A stretch of DNA of 64,000 bases, from positions 17,918,001 to 17,982,000 of the forward strand of contig OX597836.1 of assembly GCA_951406725.2 (NCBI GenBank). Direction: 5' to 3'. The notes beneath the pieces are model-generated. The model ran no database searches, was not told where the DNA came from, and saw only the letters and a program-made list of their open reading frames with translations. Every line of letters begins with the position of its first letter. Position 1 is the stretch's first letter. This stretch comes from Octopus vulgaris (Eukaryota). Both the position numbers and the translations under genes were made by a program. Shown here piece after piece: positions 28,962 through 45,134 of this stretch.

Positions 28962-29233
28962 CTAACGATTCTTCCAGTTCACCGTCTCAACAATAAAAAT
29001 TCTTTGTAATTTTGACTTCAGGTCGGAGAATTTTGTGGGGAGGAGGAATCCTATTACGAGTGCACAAAAGGTGTGTAGTTCATCGCTCCGGAGAGATGAA
29101 CTACACACCTTTTGTGCACATACCCTTTTGTGCACTCGTAATAGGATTCCTCCTCCCCACAAAATTCTCCGACCTGAACTCAAAATTACAAATAATTTAT
29201 ATTGTTGAGACGGTGAACTGGAAGAATCGTTAG
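28962..29233. repeat. Near-perfect 272-bp fold-back palindrome
   Basis: 28962-29084 is mirrored by 29095-29233 (with a small internal duplication), centred on CATC-GCTCCGGAGA-GATG. Confidence 0.9.
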
Positions 29234-29388
29234 GGGCTAAACACAAGGGGCTAAACATCGCTCCGGAGAGATGACAGGGAAAGTGAGTTTGGAACGCAGA
29301 ACATAAAGAGTTTGGAAGTAAAGCATCAAAGCATTTTGCTCGAGTCGCTAACCATTCTTTACAGCACACCGTTTAACAATAACTGGCA

Positions 29389-29773
29389 TGGAAGCACTCC
29401 GTCGGTAACGACGACGAGGGTTCCGGTTGATCCGAATCAACGGAACAGCTTGCTCGTGAAATTAACGTGTAAGTGGCTGAGCACTCCACAGACACGTGTA
29501 CCCTTAACGTAGTTCTCGGGGATATTCAGCGTGACACAGAAAGTGACAAGGCCGGCCCTTTGAAATACAGGTACAACAGAAACAGGAAGTAAGAGTGAGA
29601 GAAAGTTGTGGTGAAAGAGTACAACAGGGATCACCACCATCCCCTGCCGGAGCCTCGTGGAGCTGTAGGTGTTTTCGCTCAATAAACACTCACAACGCCC
29701 GGTCTGGGAATCGAAACCGCGATCCTATGACCGCGAGTCCGCTGCCCTAACCACTGGGCCATTGCGCCTCCAC
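29389..29773 (-). mobile_element. SINE family A, full length
   Basis: TSD TTAACAATAACTG at 29373-29385 and 29775-29787. Confidence 0.9.
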
Positions 29774-30305
29774 GTTAACAATAACTGTTACATTTTTTAC
29801 GCTACTCTTGACGTCTTATTTTCTGTTTACACATATATAACATTTAATAGCTTTTGTCTTCGTCCACAGGCGTAATGATTTTCTTTCTACTTCACTAATG
29901 AGCGCTTTGATCAATAAATATCATTTTTAAACTCTAAAATGTATTCAGATGCATACATTTTAACAAAATGAACAGTAACAGAACAGATTTGAGATTATAT
30001 TTGCATTCGAGCTACAGTCGTATATTGAACCTTAGAGCGCGTAAAGCGGATATATCCACTCAATTTTTATTATCTTTCACTGTGAAAAACGTTTTTACAG
30101 CACGGTAAAAAAAAAAAAATGAAATATATATAAAGAAAAAGCAGATAAAGATAAAAGCCGCTTCTTATGCTACGAGAATTTCTACAAAATACAGTTTTTC
30201 AGATTTTCATAATTTTTTTCCACATATTTCATAAAATATCTCTTTACAGAACAAAAATCAAATATTTTTACTGCTGAATATGAAAACGATACCTACATCT
30301 GATTC

Positions 30306-30722
30306 AAGGCGGTGAGCTGGCAGAAACGTTAGCACGCCGGGGGAAATGCGTAGCGGTATTTCGTCTGCGGCTACGTTCTGAGTTCAAATTCCGCCGAGGT
30401 CGACTTTGCCTTTCATCCTTTCGGGGTCGATAAATTAAGTACCAGTTATGCACTGGGGTCGATGTAATCGACCTTAATACCTATGTCTGTCCTTGTTTGT
30501 CCCCTCTGTGTTTAGCCCCTTGTGGGTAATAAAGAAATAGGTATTTCGTCTGCCGTTACGTTCTGAGTTCAAATTCTGCCGAGGTCGACTTTGTCTTTCA
30601 TCCTTTCAGGGTCGATAAATTAAATACCAGTTACCCACTGAGGTCGATATAATCGACTTAATCCGTTTGTCTGTTCTTGCTTGTCCCCTCTGTGTTTAGC
30701 CCCTTGTGGGTAGTAAAGAAAC
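30306..30722 (+). mobile_element. SINE family B dimer
   Basis: Two units; flanking duplication AATATGAAAACGATACCT at 30277-30294 and 30725-30742. Confidence 0.9.
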
Positions 30723-30993
30723 ATAATATGAAAACGATACCTTCAGAAGATACAGAAAAGTATTGCAGAAGCAGAAAACATCAATTCTATTTCTTGGTGG
30801 ATAATTAACATCGTTACGGGAATGAAAATGATATTCATTTATGCAATCAAAGTATTAAATGTCTCCAAATCTTGACACAGGGCCAGCAATTTTAGTGGAG
30901 GAGTAAGTCAATTCCATCGACCGTCGTGCTCAGTTGGTGCTTATTTTGTGGACTCCAAAAAGATGAAAGATAAAGTGGACCTCCTCGATTGTA

Positions 30994-31248
30994 TTTTTAC
31001 TTTTTTACTCTTTTACTTGTTTCAGTCATGTGACTGTGGCCATGCTGGAGCACCGCCTTTAGTCGAGCAAATCGACCCCAGGACTTATTCTTTGGAAGCC
31101 TAGTACTTATTCTATCGGTCTCTAATGCCGAACCGCTAAGTTACGGGGACATAAACACACCAGCATCGGTTGTCAAGCGATGTTGGGGGAACAAACACAG
31201 ACACACAAACATACACACACACACACACACACACACATACACACACAT

Positions 31249-31283
<35 letters not shown>

Positions 31284-31443
31284 CATATATACGATGGGCT
31301 TCTTTTCAGTTTCCGTCTACCAAATCCACTCACAAGGTTTTGGTCGGCCCGAGGCTATAGTAGAAGACACTTGCCCAAGGTGCCACGCAGTGGAACTGAA
31401 CCTGAAACTACGTGGTTCGTAAGCAAGCCACTCCTACGCCTAT
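30994..31443 (-). mobile_element. SINE family C, near full length
   Basis: Matches 60832-61240, including the internal (CA)/(TA) microsatellite. Confidence 0.9.
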
Positions 31444-32007
31444 GTGAAATTAAAACAAAGAAACCGAAGAAACGCCTCTATCCATTTTGTCCGGTGTACT
31501 AAGCATTCTGTCAGCTCACAGCTGAATAAGTTATATATTAAGTAAACAAATGTTTACACACTCTGTGAAAATAGATCAGAGAGCTAGAAAACTGAAAGAG
31601 AAAGAATGGATCGCTTAGTTTTAATTAACATTAAAACTTCATCAGAGTTAACTGACTTTCGTTTGGCGACTAAGAGAATTTAGTAACGTTACGCAGACGA
31701 AATTTATATAATAAACTTCCTCTATGACCAAGGTAGCCCTGATCCTATTTACATATCAGGGCAAAGTTGACTGCGTCTGTTAATTAAACGAGGCTGTCGA
31801 TATGGTATCTTTCAGATTAAATTTATAAAAAAAAAACTTATAACCATATTTTAATAAACATGTATTTAACCTCACTGAAACTCTTCCTTGGAAATTTAAT
31901 CTGAAGTACGTTTTGCTGGTGCTGCATTTAATTAATACTCGCAGCCATTTTGGTACCACTATGCAAATACCATCTTTATCTCCCCTATAATTACAGCACT
32001 TCTTCCT

Positions 32008-33810
<1,803 letters not shown>

Positions 33811-34119
33811 CCACTGTATTTTTTCTCCTCACGTCAAACCATAGACCAAACGTTCATTCACGCTAGACGACCAGCATGGATTAACCAAATATGGCTGCCG
33901 TTTGTACAGCTTGCGTGATTCTGAGATACAACAAACCAGAAATCGATGGTTAAATCACCTGATCAATATTTCTACAATGATTTTTCCACAACATATTGCA
34001 GTTAGATCGAATTCTGACACGAACTAATTTCGGAAAGTTTGCATGTCCGTATGTATGTATGTATGTATGTATGTATGTATGTATGTATGTATGTATGTAT
34101 GTATGTATGTATGTATGTT

Positions 34120-34152
<33 letters not shown>

Positions 34153-34173
34153 ATGTATGTATGTATGTATGTT

Positions 34174-34204
<31 letters not shown>

Positions 34205-34415
34205 ATGTTTGTGTGTGTGTATGTATGTATGTATGTATGTATGTATGTATGTATGTATGTATGTATGTTGTGTGTATGTATGTATGTATGTATGTATGTA
34301 TGTATCTATGTATGTTTGTTTGTATGTATGTATGTATGTATGTATGTATGTATGTATGTATGCATGTATGTATGTATGTAAGTATGTATGCATGTATGCA
34401 TATATATGTGGATGG

Positions 34416-34477
<62 letters not shown>

Positions 34478-34958
34478 ATCTATATATGTATATATGTATA
34501 TAGATATGTATGTTTAAATGTATACATGTATGAAAGTATATATGTATATATGCATGCATCTATGTAGCTATGTGTTTATTGTATATATGTGTATCTGCAT
34601 GTGTCTGTATGTGTGCGTGTGTGCATGCGTGTTTGTATATGCAACCATATATGTATGCAAGCGCATGCTTGGGTGTGCATGTATACATATCTGTGTGTAT
34701 AATGAGTGCGTGAGTGTATATAGTTCTGAAAGATACTTGAACACGATCAAGGACTTGAATTTTGTATTTATGCATGCGTATATATGCAGGTATATACGTA
34801 TATATATATATATATATATATACTTATGTATCCGAATGCGTGCATGTATACATACGCACATACATTTATACATTTATATTTAAATTACACACATACAAGC
34901 TTATATGCATACACATAAATATACACTCATACACACACTGAACGTTCTGTCTATCTAC

Positions 34959-35056
<98 letters not shown>

Positions 35057-35065
35057 CTCTCTATC

Positions 35066-35189
<124 letters not shown>

Positions 35190-36391
35190 CCTATCTATCT
35201 ATCTATTTATCTATCTATCTATTGTGTGTTTGTTTGGATTTGTCCACGTGTTTGACCGCGTGTGCGCATGCGTGTGCGTATATGTTGGCATCGGGCAATT
35301 AGAACAGTCGCTTACAACCATACTCGTTCGACCGTTTAACACCCGCATCCAGTAGAAACCAAATGACTTGTAAATGACATAGGGATTGAACAAGTCTTAC
35401 ACAAACCATGCCTGACAGATTTCTCCACCATCTTGTGACAGGTTGGGGTTCGGAGTAAATGACGTTCCATGATGTAAAGAACATGTCAAGTGTAAACAAC
35501 GGTACCTTATAATTACCTTAAATCGATGAGATCCTGTTGAAGTGTTCGCCATAAACGGTAAACTTAGCCAGGTAGAAACGTGGACAGAACTTCGCAGGGT
35601 GTAATATAGTAGCGCTGATGAGTGGTCGTAAACGAAGCTCATATTTAAGTATGGAAGGATGTACTCGTTATATCAGATGTATTTCTTATTTATCACCCCT
35701 TCCAATATCTCTTCGTATTTTTTATGTGTGGCACACTCTTTCTCCCTAATGCTCTATCTCTGTCTGTCTGTCTGTCTGTTTGCCTCTCTCTCTCAATCAC
35801 CCACTCAGTCGGTCAGTCAGTCTATCTGTCTCTCTTCGTGTCTCTGACTGTTTGTCTCTCTCCGTCTTTTTCTGATTCGCTCTTTAACTGTCTCTCCCTC
35901 TGTGTGTCTCTCTCTGTTTCTCTGTCTCTCTCTCTGTTTCTCTGTCTCTCCCTCTGTCTTCTCTGTCTCTCTGTTTCTCTCTCTCTCTCTCTGTTTCTTT
36001 CAGTCTGTTAATCTCTGCTTTTCTCCCTCAGGTTGGCTCTGTCAATATCTGTCCCTCTTTCGCCCCCACTTTTCACTCTATCTGTCTGAATCTTCCTCCG
36101 CCCCCCCCAAACATATACAATTGTAATATACCAAAACGCTTCCCTCACATCACACATGCCGAAAACTACAAGGATATTTCATTCTGTAATTAGAGAGACG
36201 ACACATACTCCCAGCTCAGTATTATTTCTAATTCCTTGTAAAATGTTCCTTGAGTTCTACTCTGATTACGATAAGCAGGGTTGTATTATATTTAATCCCT
36301 ATCAGTGGAACAAATACACAAGCACAGGCGCGCACACAAGCGATGGTGAGGGGACAAACACAGACACAAAGGCATAAATATATACATATAT

Positions 36392-36962
<571 letters not shown>

Positions 36963-37002
36963 ACTATATACTTAATATATATCTATTAAACCACTATTTC
37001 CT

Positions 37003-37225
37003 TTTATTCTTTTACTTGTCTCAGCCATTTGACTGCGGTCATGCTGGAGCACCGTCTTTAGTCGAAGAATCGACCCCCAGGTCTTATTCTTTGTAAACCT
37101 AGTACTTGATCTATTGGACTAGTTTGATGAATCGCTAAATTACAGGGACGTAAACACACCAACATCGGTTGTCAAGCAATGGTGGGGTGACAAATACAGA
37201 CAGACAGACATACATACACACACAT
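37003..37225 (-). mobile_element. SINE family C 3' half
   Basis: Tail and body match family C up to the internal microsatellite. Confidence 0.8.
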
Positions 37226-37863
37226 ATGACAAAGGAGCAAGAATTACGTGATGAAATTCGGGAGACGCTTCTCACCCACAAATTGTATGCACCGTCACTT
37301 GTACTTTTATCATTTCCATGATGACCCTTTCCATGCTCTTACAAAAATGCCTTCCCAAATAAACAAAACACTCCATTTAAAAAGGTTGCGAGGAATTTTA
37401 TGAGGTAATACAAAAGAGCACTTTTCTCTGAGTGCTCTGCTTCTTATACTAGAAACAGCTGTAAAGTAATGAAGCTGATCATTTCATTAATTCCATATTA
37501 CGCTCTCAACTCTCCTGGTGCTTGATTTTAAAGCACAAGAATATCAAGTTCTAATAACTAGTTAGTAGTATCGCTATAGCTATGTAGTTGTGTGCGAGCG
37601 CGTGTGTGTATGCGCCTTTGTGTGCGTGTGTGTGCGCGTGTACTTGCACGAGCGTATTGAACATTACGTTATGCTACTAGCATATCTTGATGCTAGAAAC
37701 ATTTCTACTATATTCGTGTAAATATATCAGCGTACAATATCCATTTGAATATGTATTTCAACCAGAGGTACACGTCACCTATTGATGGATGCTTTATACG
37801 TGTATAGAATTTTTAAGTGCAAGCAACTGGAAGAAACCGAGTTCTATAGCTGTATATAAATAC

Positions 37864-37936
<73 letters not shown>

Positions 37937-37966
37937 CTATTTGTTTATCTATATATATATATCTAC

Positions 37967-37999
<33 letters not shown>

Positions 38000-38511
38000 G
38001 GTCTGTTTGTATGTATGTATGTATGCATGTATATGTGCATGGGTGAGTGTATGTACGTATTTACACATATGTATATATGTATGCGTGTGTTTGTCGGGAG
38101 AGTCCGAAAACTTGGATTTCACTGTATTTGTTTTATCGATTTATCATATATATATATATATACATACTTACATATATGCAAGTTGATGTGTGTATAAATA
38201 TGTCTATATGTACGAGTTTCGGTGTAGATACATATACTATTTGCCATCTGAGTATGTAAACGTTTCTGTTACTCTTTATCCCTCTCGAAATTTTCCACGC
38301 TTTTCTAATTCTCTTTCTTATGTTACTCGTCTCTTTAAGCGATTCTTATTGCTATTTCTCGGTAACAAGTTTATGTACAGAACAATAGGAAGGAAACTAA
38401 CAGTAAGTGAGTTAAACTAGGTTAACATAGAGTCGGCTATGTAAAAAAGAAAAGAAAAATTAGATTGACCGATCGAAGCGAATTAATTTGTGACGGCCAT
38501 TTTGTTTTCAG

Positions 38512-38621
38512 GACAAAATCGGCGGGAAAGAGGCGTCGGTGAAAATAGAACGTGGTGGAGATGGTGGTGGTAACGGTAGACGAAATAACGTACCTTGTTC
38601 AAATGACAAACGCGAAAATAG
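38512..38621 (+). other. Candidate host exon (unverified)
   Basis: TTTTGTTTTCAG acceptor, open 110-nt frame DKIGGKEASVKIERGGDGGGNGRRNNVPCSNDKREN, AG|GTTTGT donor; lies in a non-repetitive island. Confidence 0.25.
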
Positions 38622-39139
38622 GTTTGTAAGCTGATGAGATTTGCAGTGTGAATGGTATTAAGGATGATGTGAGTCGAATTGGATGAAATTGCAGCCATTA
38701 CGAAGAAGAGTGACAAATCTTTAGAAAGGACGTCGAATTTGATGTGGTGCATCGCTTATATCTACAGAAGGATAACACCATGTTACAAAAGGCTACGTCT
38801 CAGCTGAATTATAACACATCACTGATGCCTTTGTTAATGATGTGTGGCCTGGTGAGGTACTACTTCTTCATAAAGCTCCTTCTTGATGTTGTTATTGTTG
38901 TAGTTGTAGTAGTTGTTGTACTTATCCGTCAGATTAATCTTGTCTCCCCCCCCCCACTTCTCCTCCTTCGTCTCCTTCTTTTCTTCTTTCTTCTTTCTTC
39001 TTTTTTCTCTTCCTTCTTCTTTTTCCTCTTCACCATTTTCTGCAATTTCTTCATCACTTTCTTCGTCTGCTTTATCTTTAACTTCTTCTCCACCTCCTTT
39101 TTCGTCTTCTTCATCCTATTGTTTATTTTGTTCCTCTTT

Positions 39140-39765
39140 TCTTGTTCTTGTTCTTGTTCTTGTTCTTAATCTTCTTCTTCTTCTTCTTCTTCTTCTTCTT
39201 CTTCTTCTTCTTCCTCCCCTCCTCCTTCTCCTCCTCTTCTTCTTCTTCTTCTTCTTCTTCTTCTTCTCCTCCTCCTATTCTTCTTCTCCTCTATCTTCTT
39301 CTTCTCCTTCTTCTTCTTCTTCTTCTTCTTCTTCTTCTCTTCTTCTTCTTCTTCTTCTTCTTCTTCTTCTTCTCCTCCTCTATCTTCTTCTTCTTCCTTC
39401 TTCTTCTTCTTCTTCTTCTTCTTCTTCTTCTTCTTCTTCTTCTTCTTCTTCTTCTTCTTCTTCTTCTTCTTCTTCTCCTCCTCCTATTCTTCTCCTCCTC
39501 CTATTCTTCTTCTCCTCTATCTTCTTCTTCTCCTTCTTCTTCTTCTTCTTCTTCTTCTTCTTCTCCTCCTCCTCCTCCTATTCTCCTTCTCCTCTATCTT
39601 CTTCTTCTTCTTCCTCTCCTTCTTTTTCTTCTTCTTCTTCTTCTCCTCCTCCTCCTCCTCCTCCTATTCTTCTTCTTCTTCTTCTTCTTCTTCTTCTTCT
39701 TCTTCTTCTCCTCCTCCTCCTCCTATTCTTCTTCTTCTCCTTCTTCTTCTCCTCCTCCTCCTTAT
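39140..39765. repeat. (CTT)n/(CCT)n compound trinucleotide tract
   Basis: Long TTC/TCC runs; source of the poly-S/L/F ORFs. Confidence 0.95.
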
Positions 39766-40107
39766 TATTTTCCCCCGATCGACCTAACAATACACAGTAC
39801 TATCGCCATTACATTCACCACCACGACCACCGACAGCATCACCATCACATCCATACCATCACCCTTGCCACTACCGTTATCTCCACCTCCACCCCCGCGA
39901 CCTAGAATTAAGTCCATCATGGCCACCACCGCATCGATCATTGTCCATCGTCCACTATTTACTTTCCATTGTTCCTCAACAAATGTTTCCTATTCAAATA
40001 ATCCATTCGTTTTCATGGCACATCTGTGCACACCATATCATTGTAGTCAGTTAATACCTTTCTAGATTATATACAGTTGTATATTTGCATGTACTATACA
40101 TGCATGG

Positions 40108-40195
<88 letters not shown>

Positions 40196-40198
40196 CTC

Positions 40199-40281
<83 letters not shown>

Positions 40282-40356
40282 TCTCTCTTTCTCCCTGTCT
40301 CTGTCTCGCTATTTATCTACATGCTAAACAAATTGTCTACATACCTACCTACCTAC

Positions 40357-40448
<92 letters not shown>

Positions 40449-40473
40449 ATGATAGCGTATCTATCACTCAATA

Positions 40474-41160
40474 TACATGGTGTTTCAAAAAATTTCGATA
40501 TCATTTCGCAATATAATAACCCCGCAAGTTCGTGTTCAAGTGACGTCACGTATAGAAACAGGTCAAAATTTTACGTTTAATGCTTGATATGTTTAACTTT
40601 TCAGGTATAGAAATGACATTCACTGGTAGAGTAAAGGCGTTTTGTGTGTTGGAGTATGCTCGAGCACTGTCGTGCAAGACTGTGGAGCGTGCATGAGAGA
40701 GTTCTCTAAAACGCCACCAACGGCAATGTAGATTTGGACATGATACAAAAAAAAAATTCAAAGACGAAGACTGTCTGTGCAGCGCAAAAGGATCTGGATG
40801 GCCACTCACAGCGGAAGAGACGGTTGAGTGGGTTTACCAAAAACTTATGCGAAGTCCATAAGAAGAACAAACCTCGAAACAGATTCCTTCAATGACAGTT
40901 TGGCGCGTCTTGAGGAAACACTTGCTAATAAAACCCTACAAGCTGCAGCTCGTTCAGGCCATAACAGCAGATGACAAGCGAAAGCGTGAACATGGAGCTA
41001 TGTGAAGGGCCTGGTCTGTGTATTCCCTCTTCCTGTAAACCTAGAGGCACTAGAGCAGAGAATTATTACCGCACTGGAGACTATTACCTATGGCATGTTG
41101 CAACGTGTTTGGGAGTAGTTGGACTACCGACTTGACCAGTGCGCATATTAAACATTTATG
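40474..41160 (+). mobile_element. Decayed, internally deleted Tc1/mariner-superfamily DNA transposon
   Basis: TA|CATGGTGTTTCAAAAAA TIR-like start; MTFTGRVKAFCVLEYAR N-terminus; VWRVLRKHLLIKPYKLQLVQA; MLQRVWE*LDYRLD C-terminus. Confidence 0.65.
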
Positions 41161-41165
41161 AAATC

Positions 41166-41397
41166 AGTTTCTTTATTGCCCACAAGGGGCTAAACATAGA
41201 GGGGACAAACAAGGACAGAAAACGGATTAAGTCAATTACATCGACCCCAGTGCGTAACTGGTACTTAATTTATCGACCCCGAAAGGATGAAAGGCAAAGT
41301 CGACCTTGGCGGAATTTGAACTCAGAACGCAACGACAGACGCAATACCGCTAAGCATTTCGCCCGGTGTGCTAACGTTTCTGCCAGCTCGCCACCTT
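41166..41397 (-). mobile_element. SINE family B monomer
   Basis: TSD ATTTATGAAATC at 41154-41165 and 41398-41409. Confidence 0.9.
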
Positions 41398-41460
41398 ATT
41401 TATGAAATCGTTTATGGAATCCACATACCTTTGAATTTCCCATTCAAATTTAGAGGAATA

Positions 41461-41523
<63 letters not shown>

Positions 41524-41749
41524 CATACATAGCGCAAATGTTTCTTGTTTTCTGCGTGTCGGAAAGTAGACGTGGTTGGCATATCTTGTTTTTGAAGTCA
41601 TTATCACGTAGTCCATTATATTTTCCTTATGCGAAAACAAGCCTCCATTGCACGGTCTCGGAAGACACCCTAGCATGGGGTGCATCGATTAGATAAGTGC
41701 AGAAGAGCCTAAATCGCACCAACTCAGAATATATCCCAATTTAATTCAA

Positions 41750-42052
41750 ATCTTAGTTTTTGCACAAATCTTAGTGTTGCCAACAAATCGCAAGAGTAGA
41801 CATTTTTGATTGTCGGTATACAATATGAAGAGCTCAGCTTCACTCATGGTCAGGTTTACGTAGGAAGCAAAGAAAAATATTTGCATCTATGCAATAACTG
41901 GAAAAACAAAACAACTTCGTTTCTCGAGATATTAAATTTACTCCAAATAATGCATAAATTCGTCCTGATCAATAAGCTTATCCATGGGGAGGACATAATC
42001 TAACATTCTATTGGGAAAATTGCACAGCAACGACGACGGGCTACTCAGCTAT
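41750..42052 (+). mobile_element. Helitron 3' remnant with Pif1-helicase C-terminal motif
   Basis: ANKSQE*TFLIVGIQYEELSFTHGQVYVGS (cf. NKSQGQT..VG....FxHGQLYV); terminal-like GCAACGACGACGGGCTACTCAGCTA. Confidence 0.6.
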
Positions 42053-42104
42053 TATGTATGTATGTATATATGTATGTATGTATATATGTATGTATGTATG
42101 TATG

Positions 42105-42136
<32 letters not shown>

Positions 42137-42218
42137 AATGTATGTATGTATGTATGTATGTATGTATGTATATCTATATCTATATCTAAATATATATATA
42201 TATACATATATATACCTA

Positions 42219-42270
<52 letters not shown>

Positions 42271-42273
<3 letters not shown>

Positions 42274-42469
42274 CGTGTGTACCGTTGGCGATTTTTTCCT
42301 CTGTCTTCCTTTCACTGGATCTTTCCTTCTCCTATGTTTCCGACGAAGAGCTCCGCTCGAAACGTTAAACCCTCCTTCTTCCCTTCTTTCCTGAGCGTCC
42401 AATAATACTATATTTGTTCCACGTCCTCGCGTTGTTGTGGTTTTTTTGTTTTTTCTCGTTTGGATTAAC
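42271..42469 (+). mobile_element. ~200-bp (TA)n-embedded mini element with a minimal hammerhead-like motif at 42336-42370
   Basis: GUUU CCGACGA A GAGC-UCC-GCUC GAAA CG UU^AAAC (U4 replaced by C); shares TTCCTGAGCGT with 63237-63437. Confidence 0.65.
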
Positions 42470-42715
42470 TATATATATATATATAAATAGATAGATATCT
42501 AGGGCAGGATTTGTACTGTTTCCGCCTGCCAAATTCACCCACAATGATTCGTCGGTCCGTGGCTACTGTAGAAGACGTTTGACCGGAAAATAGTGGTTTG
42601 AAAAATAGCTTCTTACCATAATGCCATGCCGACGGCTGCATGCATATGCATATGCATATATACGTGGGTTCGATTCGCTTCGTTCGCTTCGTTCCGTTTC
42701 TTATTCTCCCAGTAC

Positions 42716-42765
<50 letters not shown>

Positions 42766-42769
<4 letters not shown>

Positions 42770-43135
42770 TAAAGGCTTCCAAATAAGGAAGAGACACAAA
42801 AAGGGATAAATTCAAGGAAGGAATGAAAATCAAAAACATTTACCATTACAGATATATCCCACATTGATCAGTTTCTACCTCTTTCTAGCAAACAGACAGA
42901 ATATATTTGCTAAGGCAAGGTTCATCAGTGGGTAGCCTTCTAAATCCTAGATGCACAGAGCGTTAGAGCACGTGTAGATCTAACGGTTTGTATATCTTAA
43001 CTTTCCAAACCTCCGCGCAGGCGCAAAACATACCCGGCGACATAGAGCATGCCGGTAAAAAAATTTACGAACAAATCTATCAAGCAATATGTAATAATAA
43101 TTTATGTTATTACCCAATTTGATTATATTATGTTT
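42766..43135 (-). mobile_element. (TA)n-embedded PLE-terminal-like unit with a decayed hammerhead at 42858-42932
   Basis: CCCA CUGAUGA [46-nt stem II] GAAA CUGAUCAA UG UGGG. Confidence 0.6.
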
Positions 43136-43646
43136 ATATATATATATATATATACATGTCTACACACACGTATATGTTTGTATGTGTGTGACTGCGTGCT
43201 TGCATGCGCGTGCATGCATGTGTGTGTGTATCTTTATGTCTGCGTTTGTACCCCATCACCATTGGACAACCGGTGCTGGTGTGTTTACGTTCATGTAATT
43301 TACCATTAGACTAAAAATACTTTAAGTTGGTGCACCAGCATGGCCGCAGTCTAATAACTGATACAATTAAAATATGAAATATAAAGGAGGCATCTTTGAT
43401 TACGTTCGTTTTTTAACTCCTTCATTGTATTTTGGCGAATGATCTAAAATGCTTGTGAAAATAAATCTCATTTTGGCTTTTGGTTTTGTTTTAGTTGTGC
43501 TTTTATGATTAGCCTTTTCACTGTCGTTATACATTCAGTTGACTTGAACTTTATTAAAGATCATTGAATTATAGGTATATTGTCAATTCATCGACAAAAC
43601 ATTCTTAAATGAAGAGATATACACTGTATGTGCGTACATAAGTGAA

Positions 43647-43843
43647 GCGAAATGCGTAGCCGTATTTCGTCTGCCGTTACGATCTGGGTTCAAATTCCGC
43701 CGAGGTCGACTTTGTCTCTCATCCTTTCGGGGTCGATAAATTAAGTACCAGTAACGCACTGGAGTCGATTACATCGACTTAATCCGTTTGTCTGTCGTTG
43801 TTTGTACCCTCTGTGTTTAGCCCCCTGTGGGTAGTAAAGAAAT
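43647..43843 (+). mobile_element. SINE family B, 5'-truncated
   Basis: Matches the family B body and tail. Confidence 0.85.
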
Positions 43844-43893
43844 ATATATACATAAGCATATTTATATATATATATATCTTTGTATATATATAC

Positions 43894-43941
<48 letters not shown>

Positions 43942-44946
43942 ATTCTTTAATCAGCTTACGCATGTTTCAGATATATTCGTATATTACAAACTTCTGCTAT
44001 GCAGAAATTATTTCATAATCGATTACATATTTGATCGATTAAGATTCTACGGAGATAGGGTAATTAAGCAGCATCGTATCCTTATGAAACCTATACTACC
44101 TTGCTTCGAACTGAGGCAAATTTAGGGAGATAGACTGGAGTAAAACTCATGATACTTAGTCAGAAATAAGGGAGATATTTCATCAGATCTACTTAGGGGT
44201 TGCATTCATCGGATTAGGCTAGAATTGCAAATATGATACTTAGTTCCCCTACTTGAAGAATGTTTTCCATTTAAACATTTACTAACCAATTCACATATAC
44301 AGATGAGGTATGTAGAACGAAGCTAATCAGTAAATCATTATTTAGCTCACGTAGGATGTGTCATTTGATCCGTATTATTTCTCAGTATAAGTTCTGCGTA
44401 GAATAAGACAAGGTGAGTTAATAAAAATCCTGAAGAAAAATGACTAATATATTATTCACCGAAGAAGATATTAAATTCCAAACAAATAATTTTCCTTTAA
44501 AGAATAAATGTTTAAATTAAAATAAAATGAGAGCAATAATCGAAAAATGTTTAAGCTTAAAATCAATTAAGGAAATAAAAAAAAATTAATGAATAATTAA
44601 TATATAATTAAAAAATAATTATCAAACAATCTATATACAGAATATTAATATAAATAAATAATAACAAAGCGACAATAACAACAATAATAATCCCTTCTAC
44701 TAAACGCACAGGACCTACCTAGAATTTCACTGGTATTTAATTTATCGAACAAGAAAGGACGAAAAGCAAAGTCGACCTCGGCGGAATTTGAACTCAGAAA
44801 ATGATGACAAACGAAATACCGCTAAGCATTTCGTCCTGCATGCTAACGATTCTGCCAGCTTGCCCGCCTTAATAATGATAATAATAATAATAATGATAAT
44901 AATGATAATAATAATAATAATAATAATAATAAAGATGATGATGATG

Positions 44947-44980
<34 letters not shown>

Positions 44981-44981
44981 C

Positions 44982-45044
<63 letters not shown>

Positions 45045-45079
45045 TAATAATAATAATGATAATAATAATAATGATGATG

Positions 45080-45134
<55 letters not shown>

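Noticed and set aside
31600-31650. Minus-strand CTGATGA followed by an AT-rich hairpin
   Set aside because: GAAA box and cleavage-site pairing are missing; could be chance
38913-40065. Two ORFs longer than 300 aa
   Set aside because: Products of the (CTT)n/(CCT)n tract, which has no stop codons
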